Shown here piece by piece: positions 59,910-64,000 of a DNA stretch of 64,000 bases. Origin of the DNA: an uncultured delta proteobacterium. Lineage in GTDB: Bacteria; Desulfobacterota; Desulfobacteria; Desulfobacterales; Desulfatirhabdiaceae. The notes beneath the pieces were generated by a model. That model did no database searches. It was not told the origin of the DNA and worked only from the letters and a program-made list of their open reading frames with translations. Both the position numbers and the translations under genes were made by a program. Within the stretch, counting starts at the first letter, position 1. The number at the start of each line of letters is the position of its first letter. Where the stretch lies: NCBI GenBank assembly GCA_963789395.1, contig CAWBKP010000013.1:160001-224000 (forward strand). The letters are read 5' to 3'.

Positions 59910-60986
59910 ATGAATGGCATAACGAATAATAAAATTGTATTTTTTGGCTGTCCCATGGACTGCGATGAAAAATTCGATTCCATTCATGAAAAACACAACG
60001 GTTTATGGACAATGGGCAAAAGCGATGATCCTTTTGTCGAGGTTATGTCTCTTATCCGTTCTGAAATTCAACAGGATTTGTGGAAAGAGCTGGGTTCTGT
60101 GGATATCCCGACCTGGCTTCGCCCGAAACCCCGAGGCGAGGATCTGTTAAAACTCAACGCGGAAAATATTATCGCTTTCATCGATGAAGATGGTTGCAGA
60201 AGGGTCGCAGAGGATGTTGCGCATTTCGTCTCAACAAAGATACTGCCCGATATACCCTGCATGATCGGAATCGACCATTCATTGACCGGAGGCGTGTATA
60301 AATCCTTGTCGGAATTCTATGGCAGAGATAACATCTCGCTGATCGTCATAGACAGTCACACCGATGCCATTCCCATGTCCGCTCTTTCCGATGCCATTCA
60401 ATACGATATTGACGTGAATCCCGATTCTGTTCATGACCCGAGGGATCCTTTCTTGTATAACCGGCCTGATTCATACAATGCCAGCTCTTTTATCCATTAC
60501 ATGACAGCCGAAGGGGTCGTCAATCCGAAGAATCTCTATATTTTGGGGGTGAGTGACTACCCGGAAAATAAGACGTTCCGCATCAAAGACCCCCGTATCG
60601 CCAGATACACGGGCGCATATGCAGAATTAAAACGCAACGGGTCCAAAATAATGACAAAAAAGGAGTGCACACAGTCTCCACAAAAGCTTAAGACGTTGTT
60701 GCAGATGATATCGACGCCTTATGTGTATATCTCGATTGATATGGACATCGGTGCCGTAAATGCCCTTGAAGGTGTCAGGTTTCGGAATTGGAAGGGATTA
60801 ACGGAGGAGAGGATATATAAACTTGTTGAAGCGCTTAAAGTCCTGTTCACCCGGAAAGTTCAACTGGCCGGCATGGATATTACGGAAATTGACCAAAGAA
60901 GAGCAGGGAAGATATATCCTGCCGGAAGAGACCGGACATATAGAATCGCAGCGAATCTGATCAAGATGATAGGGTTTGGTCATTGA
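59910..60986 (+). CDS. Arginase/ureohydrolase family protein
   Basis: GCPMD, GIDHS, DSHTD and SIDMD binuclear metal motifs. Confidence 0.85.
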   Translation: MNGITNNKIVFFGCPMDCDEKFDSIHEKHNGLWTMGKSDDPFVEVMSLIRSEIQQDLWKELGSVDIPTWLRPKPRGEDLLKLNAENIIAFIDEDGCRRVAEDVAHFVSTKILPDIPCMIGIDHSLTGGVYKSLSEFYGRDNISLIVIDSHTDAIPMSALSDAIQYDIDVNPDSVHDPRDPFLYNRPDSYNASSFIHYMTAEGVVNPKNLYILGVSDYPENKTFRIKDPRIARYTGAYAELKRNGSKIMTKKECTQSPQKLKTLLQMISTPYVYISIDMDIGAVNALEGVRFRNWKGLTEERIYKLVEALKVLFTRKVQLAGMDITEIDQRRAGKIYPAGRDRTYRIAANLIKMIGFGH

Positions 60987-61094
60987 AAATAAACCTTTTT
61001 AGAAGCTGTAAACGACTAAGGCTGTTTCAATAGGAAAGTGCTTTTGTATTTTTATTCATAAATATTAGGATATTAAACTGTTAAGGAGGTTTGG

Positions 61095-62687
61095 ATGTTG
61101 CCGGAAAACGAAAATAGATATTTTGACATTGAAGATGCCTCTGCGGAAAATCCCATAAAAAAACTGAAATATTTTGTGGATGGTGAATTTCGCGTCTCTA
61201 AAACGGATAAATACATGGATTGCTTCAATCCCTCAACCGGGGCTGTCATAGCGCATGCGCCGCAATGCACGCAGGCCGAGGTCGAGTCCGCCATAGAGAG
61301 CGCTAAGAATGCTTACCCCGCTTGGTCCGAAACCCCTGTAAGCAAGCGGGTGCAGGTGTTGTTCAAGTTCAAGTCTCTTGTTGATGAGCACCTTGAGGAG
61401 CTGACCTATCTTCTGTGCCAGGAAGAAGGCAAAAACTGGACGGAATCCATGGGTGATGTGTTAAAGGTGAATGAGGTGGTCGAATTTGCCTGTGGTGCAC
61501 CCCACTTGATGAAGGGCGAATCTCTGATGAACGCCAGCAAGGGCTATGATACGGTCCTGTACCATCATCCCATGGGCGTTTTTGCAGGCATCGCGCCCTG
61601 GAATTTCCCGGCTATGATTCCCCATGGCTGGATGACACCCATCTGCGTGGCCACAGGCAACTGCATGGTTTTAAAGGCGGCCAGCTTTGTGCCCCAGTCG
61701 TCCATGCGCCTTGCGGAGCTTTGGCGAGAGGCCGGACTCCCCAAGGGAGTGCTCAATCTGGTGACAGCAGGACGTAATGAAGCTGAAATCCTTCTGAAAC
61801 ATCCGGATATTAAAGGGGTCTCTTTTGTCGGATCCACTCCGGTCGGTAAACACATTTATAAGACTGCGGCTGCCAATGGCAAGCGGGTTCAGGCATTAAC
61901 CGAAGCCAAAAATCATGCCCTTGTATTGCGGGATGCCAAGCTTGAAAGAACAGCTAGAGGGATCATCAATGCCTATTGTGGATGTGCAGGCGCCAGATGC
62001 ATGGCCTGCCCGGTTATCGTTGTGGAAAATTGCATTGCCGACGAGCTCATCGGATATCTCAAAAAATTTGTTGCGGAGATGACGCTGGGGCCGGCCTATG
62101 ATCCTGCAACAGGCATGGGACCCATCATGAATGCCGGTCACAAGAAATTTATAACGGACTGGATTGAAAAAGGCATTGCAGAAGGCGCCGAACTCATTGT
62201 TGACGGCCGTAATCCGGTCGTGCCCGGCTATGAGAACGGTTTTTACCTGGCGCCTACGATATTTGATCATGTCACGGAGGAAATGACCATCGGAGACGAG
62301 GAAGTGTTCGGACCCGTCCTCTGCATCAAGCGGGTGGAATCCTTTGAGCAAGGTCTGGCCATCATGAACAAAAGCCGGTTTGCCAACGGATCCGTGATCT
62401 ATACGCAAAACGGACATTATGCCCGTGAATTTGCAGCCCGTACGGATGCCGGAATGGTGGGCATCAATGTAGGGATTCCTGTTCCGCTGGGAATTTTCGG
62501 TTTTACAGGTCACAAGGACTCATTCTTTGGCGATCTTCATGTCATGGGAAGAGACGGTTTCACGTTCTTCACGGAGTCCAAATGCGTGACGCATACCTGG
62601 TTCCCGGAAACAGAGCAGGTTGACTGTAAAGTGGACACCTGGGATGGGACCATCTCTTCCATGCCCGAAAAGCATAAGTTAAAGTAA
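61095..62687 (+). CDS. mmsA: CoA-acylating (methyl)malonate-semialdehyde dehydrogenase
   Basis: PWNFPAMIP, SFVGST, AKNH, AGARCMA, EEVFGP and GINVGIPVP motifs. Confidence 0.92.
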   Translation: MLPENENRYFDIEDASAENPIKKLKYFVDGEFRVSKTDKYMDCFNPSTGAVIAHAPQCTQAEVESAIESAKNAYPAWSETPVSKRVQVLFKFKSLVDEHLEELTYLLCQEEGKNWTESMGDVLKVNEVVEFACGAPHLMKGESLMNASKGYDTVLYHHPMGVFAGIAPWNFPAMIPHGWMTPICVATGNCMVLKAASFVPQSSMRLAELWREAGLPKGVLNLVTAGRNEAEILLKHPDIKGVSFVGSTPVGKHIYKTAAANGKRVQALTEAKNHALVLRDAKLERTARGIINAYCGCAGARCMACPVIVVENCIADELIGYLKKFVAEMTLGPAYDPATGMGPIMNAGHKKFITDWIEKGIAEGAELIVDGRNPVVPGYENGFYLAPTIFDHVTEEMTIGDEEVFGPVLCIKRVESFEQGLAIMNKSRFANGSVIYTQNGHYAREFAARTDAGMVGINVGIPVPLGIFGFTGHKDSFFGDLHVMGRDGFTFFTESKCVTHTWFPETEQVDCKVDTWDGTISSMPEKHKLK

Positions 62688-62730
62688 TGCCACGTTAGGA
62701 TTTTGTTTGGCGGGCTGATAATGAAATAAT

Positions 62731-62760
62731 AAGCACCCCCTGTTTTATCGGGGTCGCTTT
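62731..62760 (+). terminator. Putative terminator after mmsA
   Basis: AAGCACCCC..GGGGTCGCTTT hairpin. Confidence 0.45.
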
Positions 62761-63161
62761 GTAAGCAACTGTCAGGATAAAATATCCGATTGTGAAATAT
62801 ACAAGATTGCTGATCCATTATCAGTCCGCATTTTTGTCTTTTGATTGATTTTGCATGCTACCCGGGTTGATGTCCAGTATACACATCTTTAACTTGTGGT
62901 AAATATTTTGCTTTGATATCATTTCAGAGTAACCGTAACTGAAGGAAACTTGGAATGATTCTTGAATGAATCAGTTCGGTTTCATTTATCATGCATCCGC
63001 GGCATCGCCGCATAGGCCGTTTCAGTAACTGAATGTTGTGGACCCGTTGCAAAATATTTACCGGGATATGCATTCAGATCCCGACGCGTTTGAGGGGCGT
63101 GTTTATTGACTTTCTCATTTACTCCGCTCATGCCTAATGCCCCTTCACGAGGAGACCTTCC

Positions 63162-63482
63162 ATGATTACAGCAGTTGTTGAATTCAAACTCCCACAGGCG
63201 ATCACAGTTCTGCAGGCCCAGGAGATTTTTTTGAGCACGGCGCCAAAATACCAGGGCATGCCCGGTTTAATTCGTAAGTACTATTTTCTTTCCCAGGACG
63301 GCGCCACTGCCGGAGGCATCTATTTATGGCAGTCGCGTGAAGACGCGGACCGTCTGTATACCGGTGAATGGAAGGCGTTTGTGCGAGGGAAATATGGATC
63401 AGACCCCGTAGTGAAATATCTTGAGACCCCGGTTGTTGTGGACAACGTATCGGATGAAGTCATCTCGAATGTTAAAAGTTAG
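63162..63482 (+). CDS. YdhR-like putative monooxygenase (dimeric alpha/beta barrel)
   Basis: PGLIRKYY and GGIYLW motifs; GAGGAG RBS. Confidence 0.8.
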   Translation: MITAVVEFKLPQAITVLQAQEIFLSTAPKYQGMPGLIRKYYFLSQDGATAGGIYLWQSREDADRLYTGEWKAFVRGKYGSDPVVKYLETPVVVDNVSDEVISNVKS

Positions 63483-63507
63483 TCATACAGAGGAAGTATG
63501 CTCTCAT

Positions 63508-64000
63508 ATGAAGTCGACTGAACGCACCGCTGGAGAGGGTGATGTGCGTCATCTTATCACCGAAATACAAAGCCTGGGAATCAGGGTTCATAACGATATT
63601 CAAGGCCGAAAAGGCGGTGCGGGGCCGGCTGCCGGCAAAGCTTTTCTCATAGGTGGCATCCCGGTGAATGCCCCCATTGCCGGCCATTATGTCTCGCAGT
63701 CTCCGTTTAGCTTGAAGACAGCGGACACATCATATCTTCTTTTAAAGGATGGAAAAGCGGTTTCCTCTCTGGAACTGGTTCCTGACCCGGCGTTTTACAG
63801 CCAATCCACCCGGGATGGTGTCGGCTACCGGAATATCGCACTTCTTCACGGAAGAGATTGCCTGGCTACAACTGTTCTTCAGCAATGCGTTCATTGGAAA
63901 CAATTAAAAAGATGTGGCTTTTGCTCCACGGAAACCTCTCTTAGAAACAAGGAAACCATTGCGAGAAAAACGCCTGAGCAGCTTGCCGAAGTTGCTATGG
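63508..64000 (+). CDS. Radical SAM protein, MSMEG_0568 family, 5' part (runs off window)
   Basis: Open frame to the window end: LITEIQSLG, RKGGAGP, FY..T.DG..Y..IALLHGRDCLATTVLQQC-x8-CGFC, KTPEQLAEVA. Confidence 0.85.
   Translation, partial: MKSTERTAGEGDVRHLITEIQSLGIRVHNDIQGRKGGAGPAAGKAFLIGGIPVNAPIAGHYVSQSPFSLKTADTSYLLLKDGKAVSSLELVPDPAFYSQSTRDGVGYRNIALLHGRDCLATTVLQQCVHWKQLKRCGFCSTETSLRNKETIARKTPEQLAEVAM

Noticed and set aside
1..64000. Prophage, integrase, transposase or defence system genes
   Set aside because: No ORF with recognisable motifs for these was found.

Overview
This is a 64 kb chromosomal segment of an anaerobic deltaproteobacterium (Desulfobacterota-like, inferred from gene content and repeat families). 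The first ~42 kb is mostly housekeeping: tRNA-Val(CAC), scpAB, mrp, efp, trpF, guaA, kdsB, secA-clpS-clpA-aat, metF, acyl-CoA ligases and the carboxy(nor)spermidine pathway. It also holds two unusual ATP-grasp operons (a divergent tgt with a Ddl-like ligase and a GNAT; the polyamine genes with a RimK-like ligase), a FecR-OmpA-CHASE2/HD-GYP module, and REP/MITE-like repeats with a decayed antitoxin beside the tRNA. From ~42.8 to 62.7 kb lies a divergently transcribed catabolic locus of unknown substrate, centred on a GntR(FadR) regulator. Its left arm encodes a ferredoxin, a Cys-deficient AOR-like protein, a BPL_N/GATase-like hydrolase, a multiheme c/cytochrome b/NarI/HdrD membrane module, an unknown protein and a COG0523 GTPase. 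Its right arm encodes a GlcD/GlcF-like dehydrogenase, a permease, an MtaA/CmuA-fold protein, an atypical ureohydrolase and a (methyl)malonate-semialdehyde dehydrogenase. A shared CATC-N-GATG palindrome links the two arms. The window ends inside an MSMEG_0568-family radical SAM gene. Seven single-base indels split six otherwise intact genes and are most likely sequencing/assembly errors. No CRISPR array, rRNA, integrase or transposase gene was seen. Family calls rest on motif recognition by eye; no searches were run.
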